DNA of 64,000 bases from Chloroflexota bacterium (GCA_002721995.1 PBMF01000040.1:8382-72381), one strand, 5' to 3'. Numbered from the stretch's first letter, positions 1-10,609 are shown. A program made the numbers and translations. The notes: a model not told the origin generated them from the sequence alone.

Positions 1-91
1 TGTTGCGATAACCGTCGCCGATTATTATCGACGGTCTGCATCTATTGGCATGGGCTGTTAGGAGCCGTATCTTGTTGACCGAGCTGGTTGG

Positions 92-1741
92 GTGTTCTCA
101 ATGACGTCGATGACTGGTGGTGAAGCCGTCGTCTTGACACTCGAGTCGATTGGGGTCCGGCACGTATTCGGAATTGTGAGCGTCCATAACCTTCCAATCT
201 TCGATGCAGTCAGCCGATCCAAGACAGTGAAACTGATTCCGTGTAGACACGAACAAGGCGCAGTTCATGCTGCCGATGGTTATGCACGTTCTACAGGTGA
301 AATCGGAGTGGCAATAACCAGTACCGGACCTGGAGCGGCTAATGCGATGGGTGGAATGTTCGAGGCCTATACGGCCTCGTCACCGGTATTGATGATTACT
401 GGACAAGTTGGCTCTAGCTCGTACGGCAAGGGGCAGGGAGAACTCCACGAGGCTGAGTCACAAATGTCAATGTTGGAATGCGTCACTTGCTGTGTAGAGC
501 ACGTGTCGCGACACTCAGAAATTGTTCCGGCACTTGTCTCGGTCATATCAGAGATCCGAAATGGAAGGCCACGCCCAGGAGCAGTGGAAATCCCAATAGA
601 TCTCCAATACGCCGTCGGTGAGGTGCAGGATATCTCTGTCCCGATACCACCGCGGACCATGCCGCCGCAGTCCGATATTGACGATGCTGCGGTGATCTTA
701 GAAAGTGCCGTCCGCCCATTACTCGTAGCGGGCGGGGGAGTCGTCAATTCAGACGCCTCAGAGAATCTGGTCGCTCTCGCCGAACGAATTGGGGCGCCCG
801 TTCTGACCACTATTGAAGGACGGGGAAGTATTCCTGAGGATCACCCATTAGCTATGGGCCCCAACACTGATATGGTGGTTATGGACCCCTTGTTCTACGA
901 AGCTGACGTGGTTCTAGCAGTCGGAACTCGGTTTCAGCAAAGCAACAATACGCACAAGGGAATCGTTATCCCAGGTCGCCTTTTGCATCTTGATGTCGAT
1001 CCTGGCATGATCGGTCTCGTTCACGAAACTGAATTGGCCCTTGTCGGTGATGCGCGCTTGGGGCTCGCAGCACTCGTTGCTTCTCTGCGTACAGCAAATA
1101 CCGAAAATGACTGGCTACCTAGGGCACAATCTCTCCGAGAACATATTGTGAGTACCTCACGAAACGCGATTGGTCTCGATATATCCGAGATCATGGATGT
1201 GATCGCTAGGAGGCTTCCACGAAACGGAATAGTCGCAAAGGACGCAACCATTTCGGCTTACCTCTGGGCCAATCGCGTCCTCCCCGTCTACGAACCCCGT
1301 ACATCAATGCGTCCGGTTTCGATGGCAATTGGCCCTGGGGTTCCTATGGGAATAGGCGCCGCAATTGGGTCTGGCCAACCGACCGTCGTGGTCCAAGGTG
1401 ATGGGGGCCTGATGCTTAGTCTTGGCGAAATGGCGACGATTGTTCAGGAACAAATACCGCTGGTAATCTGCGTATTCAATGACAGAGGCTACGGAATCTT
1501 GAGGTTCATACAGAAGTCAGCCATCGGTGGCCGGCAAGTTGGCGTTGATCTCGAGACGCCTGCATTTTCTGAGATAGCAGAGGCCTTTGGGATGGATTCG
1601 GCTAAGGTTTGTAACCCACGAGAGTTTGAGAAATCGTTCGGCATGGCACTCGACTCCCAACGGCCGTTCATGATTGAAATAGACCTATCGTCTTTGGCAC
1701 CGATGCGAATCCAACCGCAAGGTACGCCGGTGAGAGACTAG
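92..1741 (+). CDS. Thiamine-diphosphate-dependent enzyme (acetolactate synthase large-subunit-like family)
   Basis: 549-aa ORF. N-terminal TPP-enzyme Pyr-domain signature (GGEAVVLTLESIGVRHVFG). C-terminal TPP/Mg motif GDGGLMLSLGEMATIVQEQIPLVICVFNDRGYG. Start is GTG 92 or ATG 101. Confidence 0.8.
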   Translation: MFSMTSMTGGEAVVLTLESIGVRHVFGIVSVHNLPIFDAVSRSKTVKLIPCRHEQGAVHAADGYARSTGEIGVAITSTGPGAANAMGGMFEAYTASSPVLMITGQVGSSSYGKGQGELHEAESQMSMLECVTCCVEHVSRHSEIVPALVSVISEIRNGRPRPGAVEIPIDLQYAVGEVQDISVPIPPRTMPPQSDIDDAAVILESAVRPLLVAGGGVVNSDASENLVALAERIGAPVLTTIEGRGSIPEDHPLAMGPNTDMVVMDPLFYEADVVLAVGTRFQQSNNTHKGIVIPGRLLHLDVDPGMIGLVHETELALVGDARLGLAALVASLRTANTENDWLPRAQSLREHIVSTSRNAIGLDISEIMDVIARRLPRNGIVAKDATISAYLWANRVLPVYEPRTSMRPVSMAIGPGVPMGIGAAIGSGQPTVVVQGDGGLMLSLGEMATIVQEQIPLVICVFNDRGYGILRFIQKSAIGGRQVGVDLETPAFSEIAEAFGMDSAKVCNPREFEKSFGMALDSQRPFMIEIDLSSLAPMRIQPQGTPVRD

Positions 1742-1790
1742 AGCCGAGTAAATCGATTCGGGTTGCGCAGATGGCATCGCTGGGGAAAAG

Positions 1791-2363
1791 TTATCCGATG
1801 TTATTGTCAAGTTGTTGATGGAAGACCTGAAGGCTGGGATCACTTGGATCAGGATCTATGGATAAGCTCTTCAAGGTGCGCGACACACAGGTATAAAATG
1901 CCGCAGTAAGAATTATTTCGATACAGCTTCCTGAATCGAAATGCCTATTAAGTTCCCGAACACAATCTTCTGATGCGCCTCCGTCTTGGACAATTTCATC
2001 GGTGCAACGTAGTGCTATCTGCTCTTCTGCGGAAAAGTATAAGGAACTCTCCCAGTTTCTGAGCGAAGTCAGTTGTTCATGAGTGACACCGTACTTCACT
2101 GCCGCAGGCCAATGAGCCTGCCATTCGAAACCTGAGGCCGAAAGAAGTGCAACTCTCATAATGAGGAGTTCTCTCAGACCTCGGTCGGACTTGGCATCAA
2201 ATCGTAGTGGCCAGGCCATAGCGGTCCAGGCATCTAGCATTGATGGGGCATTCCCCAATATTCGATAGAGGAGGGGAACCTCCCGTTCGCCGTGTGCGAA
2301 GCGGCCAAAGATTGCCTTGAGTGTTGGGTCTTCGGATTCGGCGTCGACTGGCGTAATCGTCAT
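1791..2363 (-). CDS. Carboxymuconolactone decarboxylase (AhpD-like) family protein
   Basis: 190-aa ORF. Segment LRELLIMRVALLSASGFEWQAHWPAAVKYGVTHEQL resembles the CMD-family core. Lies 5 nt downstream of the amidohydrolase gene on the same strand. Confidence 0.65.
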   Translation of the reverse strand: MTITPVDAESEDPTLKAIFGRFAHGEREVPLLYRILGNAPSMLDAWTAMAWPLRFDAKSDRGLRELLIMRVALLSASGFEWQAHWPAAVKYGVTHEQLTSLRNWESSLYFSAEEQIALRCTDEIVQDGGASEDCVRELNRHFDSGSCIEIILTAAFYTCVSRTLKSLSIDPDPSDPSLQVFHQQLDNNIG

Positions 2364-2368
2364 CTGGG

Positions 2369-3517
2369 TTAGCTCAGTCTCAAGAAGCGTTCAGCGTTCT
2401 CTGACATAAGTCTGCGCTTTGAACTGTCTGGAATGTCCCAGGAAAGAACTGTGTCCGCAGACGTGGGAAAAAACGATTGAGTATGTGGATAATCAGACGA
2501 GAACATTATTGCTCCATCGCCCATAGTGTGGATGATCCCTTGAAGAATCGTTTCGCCTTCAGCTAATTCCACGCCGATGAAGATCCGGTCATCTTGTGCG
2601 TACTCAATGGGTGTCTTCTTAAGGGTTGGAAGGGTCCCGGATAGGTATTCTGCTTGTGATTGCAGCCGATTTAGCCATGGAGGAAGCCACCCGGAACTGC
2701 ATTCAGAAAACCCGATCCTAAATCTCGGGAACCTATCGAGCAGTCCTGACAAAATGACGTAGGAGAGTAGGCGTTGTGCTCCCCAGACGTGAGCAGCGGC
2801 GCGAGCGACTGCAATGTGGCCCCAGACGTCGCGGTAGCCAGGGAAGTATGGCGGTTCGTAAAAGAAGGAATGGTGCAATAACGGTAAATCAGCGTCTCCC
2901 ATGGACGCCCAGACCGGGTACAGATCGGAATCGTCAATTGACATTCCTTCAGGTAGTGGGACAGAAACCGCGGCAACGCAACGTTCTGATGAGTATCTCG
3001 CAATCTCTGAGGCTGAGAAGTCAGGCGCGAATCCTGGAACTAGGAGAGTCGCCTTGAGACGGTCCGGGTCAATGCTGCAGTAATCCACTATGTACCGGTT
3101 ATACGCTGCATAGAGTTCGATAGCGAGTTCCGAGTCAATGGCGGTAATAGCGTTAGAGAAGGTTCCTGGGATAATCAGATCGATATCTCGTCCTTCCCTG
3201 TCCATATCACGCAGACGGCCCTCAGAATTCTTGACTTGAACTCCGTCTTCTGGTTCATCAACGAGGAGACTTACGACCTTTCCCTTAAGGGTAGGTGCAC
3301 CTCCGCGTTCTACTGATTCCTCACCCGCCTTCAGACCCATTTCCCGCTTGTAGGGGTACGGTCCAATACTCAAACCAAGACCGTCTCGGATCTCGGTCTC
3401 GTACTGCCGCATCTCATCACGTCGATTCCAGAACGCTTTGCTCGCGTAGGAGTAGAGAACATCGGCCGTCGGTCCTACGTGGGTGTCCGTGTCAATGACC
3501 TTGAAACCTTGGCGCAT
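2369..3517 (-). CDS. Amidohydrolase-2 family metal-dependent hydrolase/decarboxylase (ACMSD-like fold)
   Basis: ORF track gives 2369..3577. I prefer ATG 3517 (MRQGFKVIDTDTHVGP) because the paralog at 16044 begins MRNGYEIIDTDQHVGP. C-terminal SSDYPH motif. Long blocks are shared with the 16044 protein (HHSFFYEPPYFPGYRD). Confidence 0.8.
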   Translation of the reverse strand: MRQGFKVIDTDTHVGPTADVLYSYASKAFWNRRDEMRQYETEIRDGLGLSIGPYPYKREMGLKAGEESVERGGAPTLKGKVVSLLVDEPEDGVQVKNSEGRLRDMDREGRDIDLIIPGTFSNAITAIDSELAIELYAAYNRYIVDYCSIDPDRLKATLLVPGFAPDFSASEIARYSSERCVAAVSVPLPEGMSIDDSDLYPVWASMGDADLPLLHHSFFYEPPYFPGYRDVWGHIAVARAAAHVWGAQRLLSYVILSGLLDRFPRFRIGFSECSSGWLPPWLNRLQSQAEYLSGTLPTLKKTPIEYAQDDRIFIGVELAEGETILQGIIHTMGDGAIMFSSDYPHTQSFFPTSADTVLSWDIPDSSKRRLMSENAERFLRLS

Positions 3518-3651
3518 TTTGTAGATCCAATCGTTGTGACTTGCTTGATGACCCGATTGGTGAAGTGTGGCAGACAACTAGTCGAGTCAGCAATTCGAGA
3601 TGCTCTATAGTTCTTCTGTCGTGTAATCCTGCTCTGGAGGGCTTGGTCCAC

Positions 3652-4383
3652 ATGGTCGTCACGTCGGATTGCCTGTCTGGAAGGAGCGTGGTCATTCTCG
3701 GTGGTACTTCGGGCCTGGGATTGGCAACTGCCAAAGCCGCCAAGGAAGCGGGGGCTGATGTAGCAATTGCTGGAAGGGATCCTGAGAAGGCATCTGAAGC
3801 CGTGACGGAACTTGGAGGAGGTGTAGTCAGCGGCGCTTTCGATGCGACTTGTGAGACAGATCTCATGGCTTTTTTCAATGCGATTGAAAAGGTCGATCAT
3901 GTCGTCTCTTTCACGGGCGAACAGCCCAAATCTCCAGTACGTTCGACCGATCAGCGGCTGCTTCATCGTGCGATCGATGCTCGGGTGTCTGTGGCACGCC
4001 ACGCGTGCGTGCATGCATCACCGCGTATGCCAACAGAAGGTTCCTTTGTCTTCTGTTCGGGCGTGTCGTCGGCGCGCCCCCGCGCTAACCGATCGGCGGG
4101 TGCTGTTGCCACGGCAGCACTAGAGTCATTCGTGCGAGCGATGGCTGTGGAACTGGCGCCGGTGCGAGTCAATGCAGTGTGCCCTGGTGCATTTGATACT
4201 GACGTTCTTCGAAAGTCTTTGGAGGGCGATTACTCTGAAGCGTGCGAACGTTTGTCTGGAGGGATTCCAGTTGGTCGTGTTGGACGTCCTGAGGAACTGG
4301 CGCACGCGGTCCTATTCTTGTTGACGAATACCTACACCACCGGGACGGTCATCAGGGTCGATGGAGGTTTACTACTTATCTGA
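3652..4383 (+). CDS. SDR-fold (Rossmann) protein lacking the canonical YxxxK dyad
   Basis: ORF track starts at 3541, which overlaps the opposite-strand gene. ATG 3652 gives MVVTSDCLSGRSVVILGGTSGLGLATAKAAKEAGADV (TGxxxGxG). The C-terminal NAVCPG..DT block is typical of SDRs. The position where YxxxK is expected reads SAGAVATAALE. Confidence 0.7.
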   Translation: MVVTSDCLSGRSVVILGGTSGLGLATAKAAKEAGADVAIAGRDPEKASEAVTELGGGVVSGAFDATCETDLMAFFNAIEKVDHVVSFTGEQPKSPVRSTDQRLLHRAIDARVSVARHACVHASPRMPTEGSFVFCSGVSSARPRANRSAGAVATAALESFVRAMAVELAPVRVNAVCPGAFDTDVLRKSLEGDYSEACERLSGGIPVGRVGRPEELAHAVLFLLTNTYTTGTVIRVDGGLLLI

Positions 4384-4429
4384 GCCTTGGGTTTGTGCCT
4401 CAAGGGTCAGTCTGGTCGATTAGGAGGTC

Positions 4430-5914
4430 GTGGTCGTGGTCGTGCGTTCTGGTCCCAGCGAATTTGAGCTACCGAAGGGTGCCCTTCTTATCGGCGACAC
4501 GCGTGTTACGAATGCCGAGGGTGGCTATTACGAGCAGTTGGATCCTTCAACAGGCGGATTCCTCGCTTCTATATCGATGGCTGGAAACGCTGAAATTGAA
4601 TTTGCGGTTGAGACGGCCCGAGACGCCCAACAAGAGTGGCGTTCCCTTGCCCCAGCTCAACGACGAGATGTCTTGTTCGAACTCGCCGATCTACTGGATA
4701 GCCGTCATGAGGAGTTTTCCTTACTGCGTTCTCTCGAACTCGGCTCACCGCTGAAGAAGGAGAAGGGAGCGAACTTGGCAGTCGAGTACATTCGCTACTT
4801 CGCTGGTTGGGGGGACAAGATCGGAGGAGCGACAATTCCAGTGTTTCCAGGAAAGGTTCTGGATTATACGGTCCCTGAACCTTATGGAACGGTTGCGGCT
4901 CTAACACCTTGGAACGGCGGCGTTGTTTCGGTTGCGATGAAAGTTATACCAGCATTAGTTGCAGGCAATACCGTGGTGCTCAAGCCTTCCGAGTTAGCGC
5001 CTCTCGCACCATTGCGGTTTGGAGAACTCTGCTTAGAGGCAGGGATACCGCCTGGCGTGGTCAATGTTCTTCCCGGCGGCGTGGAAGCTGGCAGAGCATT
5101 GGTGAGTCATTCAGGTATTGACAAGATTAGTTTCACCGGGAGCGCCGCTACAGCTCGCCAGATTCTTTCTCAAGCCGCCACGAACCTTACTCCGGTCGTT
5201 TTGGAGTTGGGAGGGAAGTCCGGCAACTTGTTATTTGCCGATGGCGATCTTGATTCCGCGGTCTCGACCACAATTGGAACAGCATTGGCTGGTATGAGTG
5301 GCCAAGGATGCGTGTTGCCTACGCGGTTATTGATTGAGGACTCTGTATACGAAGCCGTTGAAGAACGGGTTGTCGAGGCAGTTTCCTCACTTGTCGTTGG
5401 AAATCCCTTCCAAGAAGGAGTGCAAGCAGGGCCCGTGATAACAGAGGAGGCGTGTCAAAGGATTCTGGCTGTGGTGGAATCAGCCGATCGCGAACATCAC
5501 GGGACTTTGCTCACTGGAGGTCAACGGATAGGTGGAAGTCTTTCGGGAGGTTTCTTTGTTGAACCAACGGTCTTTGGTGAGGTCGACAACTCCTCTGCCT
5601 TGGCTCAAGAGGAGATCTTTGGACCTGTATTGAGTTTGATTCGGTTCCGTGACGAAGAAGAAGCGATCGAACTCGCTAACGGAACCCGGTATGGTCTTGG
5701 CGGTCTACTATTTACGCGGGACTTAGCAAGGGCACACCGGGTCTCGCATAGACTTGATGCAGGTTCTATTGGAATCAACTCGTTTCCTCCGATGCCTCCG
5801 GCCGCCCCGTTTGGGGGCGTCAAGGAAAGTGGTTACGGCCGTGAGGGAGGATTAGCCGGAGTGGAAGAATTCATACGAATAAAGAACGTATATGTCGATA
5901 TTGATCGTTCCTAA
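4430..5914 (+). CDS. NAD(P)+-dependent aldehyde dehydrogenase
   Basis: 494-aa ORF with ELGGKSG and catalytic-Cys context GQGCVLPTR. AGGAGG at 4422-4427 suggests the real start is GTG 4436 rather than 4430. Confidence 0.9.
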   Translation: MVVVVRSGPSEFELPKGALLIGDTRVTNAEGGYYEQLDPSTGGFLASISMAGNAEIEFAVETARDAQQEWRSLAPAQRRDVLFELADLLDSRHEEFSLLRSLELGSPLKKEKGANLAVEYIRYFAGWGDKIGGATIPVFPGKVLDYTVPEPYGTVAALTPWNGGVVSVAMKVIPALVAGNTVVLKPSELAPLAPLRFGELCLEAGIPPGVVNVLPGGVEAGRALVSHSGIDKISFTGSAATARQILSQAATNLTPVVLELGGKSGNLLFADGDLDSAVSTTIGTALAGMSGQGCVLPTRLLIEDSVYEAVEERVVEAVSSLVVGNPFQEGVQAGPVITEEACQRILAVVESADREHHGTLLTGGQRIGGSLSGGFFVEPTVFGEVDNSSALAQEEIFGPVLSLIRFRDEEEAIELANGTRYGLGGLLFTRDLARAHRVSHRLDAGSIGINSFPPMPPAAPFGGVKESGYGREGGLAGVEEFIRIKNVYVDIDRS

Positions 5915-5968
5915 TCGCGCTCATCGTTTAGGCTTTCACTGTGCGCACTAACCGCTAGGTCATTTGAA

Positions 5969-7207
5969 ATGAGCGACCTTCTCTCTGGTATTCGGGTGTT
6001 GGAGTCCGCCGTACTGCTGAACGGTGGCTCCCTGGGAATGTATCTCGCGGATCTTGGGGCCGATGTGATAAAGATCGAGTCTCCCCAACGCGGTGATTAC
6101 ATTAGAAACATGTTGGGGCAGATTACACCTGGTAATAGCCCAGCCCACCTACAGGTAAACAAGAATAAGCGAAGTATCACACTTGACTTGAAGAGTGACG
6201 CTGGCCTCGATGTATTTTGGGATCTCTTGAGTTTAGCAGATGTATTTGTCGATGGATTTGTCGGAGGTAGCGCCGAAAAGTTAGGTATCGGGTACCTTGA
6301 ACAACGGAAACGTCAACCTAGGATAGTTTATTGTCATTACTCGGGTTACGGACGGACTGGCCCCTATTCCTCGATCCCGACTCATGGTCAGATGATGAAT
6401 GCAGAAGCTGCCGCAATTTCTCTTCGGAAAGATGCTGATGGGTTTGTTCAGTCTACGGAGAACCTGGAACTAATGAAGGGTACCTCGCTGGGTGGCGACG
6501 GAACGGCTGCAGGAGCAATACATGCTGCCTTCTATGTTGCTTCGGCGCTTTTCCGGAGAGAAATTTCAGGACAAGGCTGCTTTGTCGATGTATCAGCTGC
6601 CGACGCTGTGATTTCCCAAGGATGGATTGGTGCAGTTTATGGTCTGAATGAGAGTCGTATATCGGATCGAACGGGCCTTCGAGATACCAAATCAGCGCAT
6701 CAAACGGGTGCAAAGTACCAATACTATGAAACTTCTGATGAGAACTTCGTGCTCTTCTGCTGTATAGAACTGAAGTTTTGGCGTACATTCTGTGAGGCGG
6801 TTGACCGTGGTGATCTCGCCGATCATCAGATAGAGCCAGGCGTAGTTGACTTCGCTCGAGACGACCAGGAACTAAGGCATGAACTCCAGGCGATCTTCTC
6901 AACTCGTACTCAACGAGAATGGATCCAACTGGCCATCGAATATGGGATTCCGATTGGGCCGGCAAATCAGGGCGTAGCCAGCCTGAGAGGGGATCAGCAC
7001 TTGGCCGCCAGACAGATTCTCTTTGAGTCGAAGCATCCTAAAGCTGGAGCATTCACCTATGTCGGTGAACCTGCCTTAGTCGACGACCAAGAGTATGCCT
7101 TACGGATGCATGCTCCAGTTCTGGGGCAACAGACTGACGAATTGCTAAGAGAATTGGGATATAGCGATGATCGGATCCGAGAATTGCGAGACGATGGAGT
7201 GGTTTGA
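5969..7207 (+). CDS. Family III CoA-transferase (CaiB/BaiF-like)
   Basis: 412-aa ORF. The N-terminus LSGIRVLESAVLLNGGSLGMYLADLGADVIKIESPQRGDYIR is the typical CaiB/BaiF opening. Confidence 0.85.
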   Translation: MSDLLSGIRVLESAVLLNGGSLGMYLADLGADVIKIESPQRGDYIRNMLGQITPGNSPAHLQVNKNKRSITLDLKSDAGLDVFWDLLSLADVFVDGFVGGSAEKLGIGYLEQRKRQPRIVYCHYSGYGRTGPYSSIPTHGQMMNAEAAAISLRKDADGFVQSTENLELMKGTSLGGDGTAAGAIHAAFYVASALFRREISGQGCFVDVSAADAVISQGWIGAVYGLNESRISDRTGLRDTKSAHQTGAKYQYYETSDENFVLFCCIELKFWRTFCEAVDRGDLADHQIEPGVVDFARDDQELRHELQAIFSTRTQREWIQLAIEYGIPIGPANQGVASLRGDQHLAARQILFESKHPKAGAFTYVGEPALVDDQEYALRMHAPVLGQQTDELLRELGYSDDRIRELRDDGVV

Positions 7208-7226
7208 CTGTGTTTCCTTGAGGGTT

Positions 7227-8633
7227 TCAAGGCAGGACTCGTGAGGCCCCACCTCGTCTTCTGTCCGCTCCTGCGAATAACCGGCCATTGACTGATTGAA
7301 CGATCTGAGCGGCACCAAATCCTTCGGGACCTGCGGGCTGAGCCAGTGCGTCTGGTTGGTATTTAGCCAGTTCGTGTCCGTTCTCAATAGCGAGGGAACC
7401 ACCGAAACAGATCTTGAATCTTGGGGCATCAATCGCATCTTGTGGACCGAGTCCTTCTAGTAACATACGGATTAGCAGTTGGACCTGAGCTTGGGGTTGC
7501 ATTAGTCCTCCCGCTACGCCGAAAGCAATTTGGTTGCCTTCGTTGTCAAGTGCAAGACCGGGGATCGTGGTGTGTGGTGGCTTGCCGGGACGAGGTGGTT
7601 GTTGAAGCATGCGGAGGGTGGTCGCCCGGTTGTGAATTGGACCTCCGATAGCTGGTATTCCCAAATGCGACCCAAAATCACCGAAGATTGATGTGATGAG
7701 CGAAACGGCTGTTCGGTCCTCATCAATAACAGCCAGATAGGTCGTATCGCCCTTGGCATGGTTCCGGGAAGTAGATACGACAGCTCCTGGGTCAAATCCG
7801 GCGTCCTGCATACCTTGACGCACTGCCAGGAGTACGGAATTCCAATCCCATCTTTCGTGTTCCTTGATGTGCCGAAGGGCGTGTAACACCGCCGGTCCTT
7901 GCGTCGGAGCAGGAAGTTGCCATATCGAGTAACCGGAAAATTCCAAATTCTCCGCAGTGATCTCGAGCGTCCGATGGTGCTTGAGGTCAGTGTCACTCAA
8001 GTAGCCCCCATCAGCGCGGACGAAGTCAACGATCTGGTTCGCTATCGCGCCTTCTAGGACGACGTTTGAACCTAGGTCCGCAATCGTCTCAAGGCACTCG
8101 GATAAACCCGGGTTTGTGATAAGAACGCCTTCGTCAACTCCCTTTCCATCTGGAGAGTAGAGCGGGCCAAGTACAGGATCCGACGCTAGTTCTTTCGCCG
8201 CTCGCTGTGAAGCCGCCGCCAGGTCAGCATGAACCACGAACCCATTTCTCGCGACGCTCCTTGCCGGACTCACGGCGTCTCTAAGCGATATGGTTCCGAA
8301 TCTCGCAAGAGCTTCTTCAAGAAGTCGGGTCGCTCCTGGAGGTGTGGCAGTCTTGCCACCTCTTGCAGGAACAGCATCCAATCCGTCTTCTAAAAGACGC
8401 GATGAAGTGAGTTCAACTGGCAAAGCGCCAGACCCATCGAGCGCGATAGGCGTCTCGGAGTCTCGTCCAATCATGAGGAACGCATCACCACCGATTCCGC
8501 ATGACTGCGGTTCGACCACATATAGGAGGAAGGCGGCTGTGACAGCGGCGTCGACGGCATTTCCGCCGGACTTGAGGATCTCAACTCCAGCTTCGGTTGC
8601 CCGTGGATCAGAGGTGGCGATTGCCGCTTTCAA
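7227..8633 (-). CDS. Gamma-glutamyltransferase family protein (no signal peptide)
   Basis: 468-aa ORF. N-terminus AIATSDPRATEAGVEILKSGGNAVDAAV. Autoprocessing/nucleophile context GDTTYLAVID. No hydrophobic leader. Confidence 0.85.
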   Translation of the reverse strand: MKAAIATSDPRATEAGVEILKSGGNAVDAAVTAAFLLYVVEPQSCGIGGDAFLMIGRDSETPIALDGSGALPVELTSSRLLEDGLDAVPARGGKTATPPGATRLLEEALARFGTISLRDAVSPARSVARNGFVVHADLAAASQRAAKELASDPVLGPLYSPDGKGVDEGVLITNPGLSECLETIADLGSNVVLEGAIANQIVDFVRADGGYLSDTDLKHHRTLEITAENLEFSGYSIWQLPAPTQGPAVLHALRHIKEHERWDWNSVLLAVRQGMQDAGFDPGAVVSTSRNHAKGDTTYLAVIDEDRTAVSLITSIFGDFGSHLGIPAIGGPIHNRATTLRMLQQPPRPGKPPHTTIPGLALDNEGNQIAFGVAGGLMQPQAQVQLLIRMLLEGLGPQDAIDAPRFKICFGGSLAIENGHELAKYQPDALAQPAGPEGFGAAQIVQSVNGRLFAGADRRRGGASRVLP

Positions 8634-9054
8634 TGATCAGTTTCTCCCGAATCGAATCACAGTATGCACATTACTCAATCTGCTGAGACTCCGGTGTTCG
8701 GTCGGATACTGTTCACGCGAAGTGGTGAAGCGATGGTGCCCTGGTGGCAGACGGCTTATGAAGCCGTTTCGGTCGTGCAGATAGTCTAGGAAATAATGAG
8801 CCTCGTTGTCTTGAACGTCACCAGACCGAAAGCCGCATGTGTATCCGGGTATCGTTGGCCATGAAGAATTTGAACTAGAGTGCCGTGATGTTTCAACAAG
8901 ACTGTGATCAGTAAGACTATTTCGGGAAACTGTGTGAATGGCGAAAGTCGAATGTGATATACAGTAAGTAGTGGTTTATGAGGCGAGTCGTTCGGTTAAT
9001 TTATTAAACGGATCACTTGATTAAAAAACTTCTCTTGTCGAGAAAGGTTCTAAG

Positions 9055-9951
9055 GTGCGTTTCAGCGTCTGGCCGATCAACCAACAGCCGATATATGAGA
9101 TCCTTGAGGTAGCCAAGCACGCCGATAGCACTGGGTGGGATGGGATCTGGATGGCAGATCACCTTATGGGCACTCGGGAACGAACGGAGGTCCCGCTCGT
9201 TGAGTGCCTAACCGCTCTGAGTGCGATTGCTGTAAACATATCTCGGTTGCGCATTGGGTCGCTAGTGGTTAGCAATACCTTCAGACATCCAGCACTGCTG
9301 GCGAAGTGTTTCGCATCGATCGAAACAATTGCTCCGAGCCGTGTAGTCCTCGGTCTAGGTACAGGATGGCAGGAGAATGAACACCATGCTCTTGGGATAG
9401 GACTTCCTGATGCCCCGACGCGACTTGAAATGCTTGAAGAAGCCTGTCAAGTGATTCGTGATTTGTTGGATCGAGGTCGTTCTTCCTTTAGTGGAAAACA
9501 TTATCGACTGAACGAGGCAGTAACACTACCGAAACCCTCGTCCAGAGTCCCTCTATTGCTTGGGTTAAAGGGTGACTATTCCCTCCGGTTGGTTGCCAGA
9601 TTTGCCGACGCATGGAACCTCTGGGCAACTCCAGAAATTCTTTCTCGACGAGATGAAATCCTGTGCAAGTATTGTGAGAACGATGGGCGTGATAATCGTG
9701 AGATTTCCCGGACGGCACAAGCTCTAGTCGTATTTGATGAGCCGGAATCAGTTGATCCGCGATGGGCAGCGTCAGGCCTACCTCTTATTACTGGAGGGAA
9801 TGCCGAACTTCAAGATCACCTGGGAGCGTTTGCCGAGGTTGGCTTGGACGAGTTCATCGTTCCCGACTTTTCACTTGGATCGGGTGCGCAGAAGTTGGAA
9901 CTACTCGATCGCTTTTTTGAAGACGTCGCTCGACCATTCCAGAGAGACTAG
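9055..9951 (+). CDS. Luciferase-like monooxygenase (LLM) family oxidoreductase
   Basis: 298-aa ORF with GTG start. Opening MRFSVWPINQQ...GWDGIWMADHL and LGLGTGWQENEH are LLM-like. Confidence 0.8.
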   Translation: MRFSVWPINQQPIYEILEVAKHADSTGWDGIWMADHLMGTRERTEVPLVECLTALSAIAVNISRLRIGSLVVSNTFRHPALLAKCFASIETIAPSRVVLGLGTGWQENEHHALGIGLPDAPTRLEMLEEACQVIRDLLDRGRSSFSGKHYRLNEAVTLPKPSSRVPLLLGLKGDYSLRLVARFADAWNLWATPEILSRRDEILCKYCENDGRDNREISRTAQALVVFDEPESVDPRWAASGLPLITGGNAELQDHLGAFAEVGLDEFIVPDFSLGSGAQKLELLDRFFEDVARPFQRD

Positions 9952-10080
9952 GCATATGCCGCGGTGCCGTATAGTCTGCTGACTCTAGGAATGGATACTG
10001 TTTCTTGTTCTGTTGGCCTGGGGTTTGCATGGCAGTCCATAGAACCGGAGCCCGGGAGATGGTAGGAGGCTGGAAGTCGC

Positions 10081-10527
10081 ATGGAGGAAGTGGTCAGAGT
10101 CCAATCGCACGTCACTTATCGAGCTGCTTCTGATTCGCTTGAGGTTGGGGTCCACTGTGCGCAGGGACTCGGAATCCGAGCAGCCATTGTGGTCGTTGAC
10201 GCTTATGGTGAGATCGTTGCCGCAGCCAAGTTGGATGGGGCAAATCCTAAAGCGTGGCGTGGTGCACTAGGTAAGGCCCTTGTAGCTTCAGGTATGGGCA
10301 TCTCGACGGGAGATTTCATCGAGAAGCGTCTTAAGCAAGACGATGTTCTTTATCGAGCGCTGTCTTCGAATCCAGATACATTTATCGTACCAGGTGGATT
10401 TCCACTTCTTTATGATGGGAAACCTGTCGGTGGCGTTGGCGTGAGCGGTGGCCACTACGAAGATGATGCTCAAGTAGCCAAGGCCGTATCAGATAGATTT
10501 GTTGAACTTGTTGAGGGAAAAGGCTGA
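10081..10527 (+). CDS. GlcG/HbpS-like (DUF336) heme-binding family protein
   Basis: 148-aa ORF. The C-terminal GGFPLLYDGKPVGGVGVSGGHYEDDAQVAKA block is characteristic of the family. Confidence 0.7.
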   Translation: MEEVVRVQSHVTYRAASDSLEVGVHCAQGLGIRAAIVVVDAYGEIVAAAKLDGANPKAWRGALGKALVASGMGISTGDFIEKRLKQDDVLYRALSSNPDTFIVPGGFPLLYDGKPVGGVGVSGGHYEDDAQVAKAVSDRFVELVEGKG

Positions 10528-10609
10528 TTCGATTGAGGACGTTGTTTTTCTTATCGAATAAGATTAGATCCAGATCGAGAAATCAGACCGTGGGAAGAGA
10601 GATGCGTGT

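Noticed and set aside
8634-9054. 420-nt gene-free gap in an otherwise compact region, examined for a riboswitch, sRNA or small gene (a 7-bp hairpin acggctt-atg-aagccgt lies at 8751-8767)
   Set aside because: I recognise no riboswitch consensus. The hairpin is isolated and not positioned after any gene. The small ORFs are unconvincing. It is most simply a divergent promoter region for the GGT-like and LLM genes, but I cannot exclude an sRNA.
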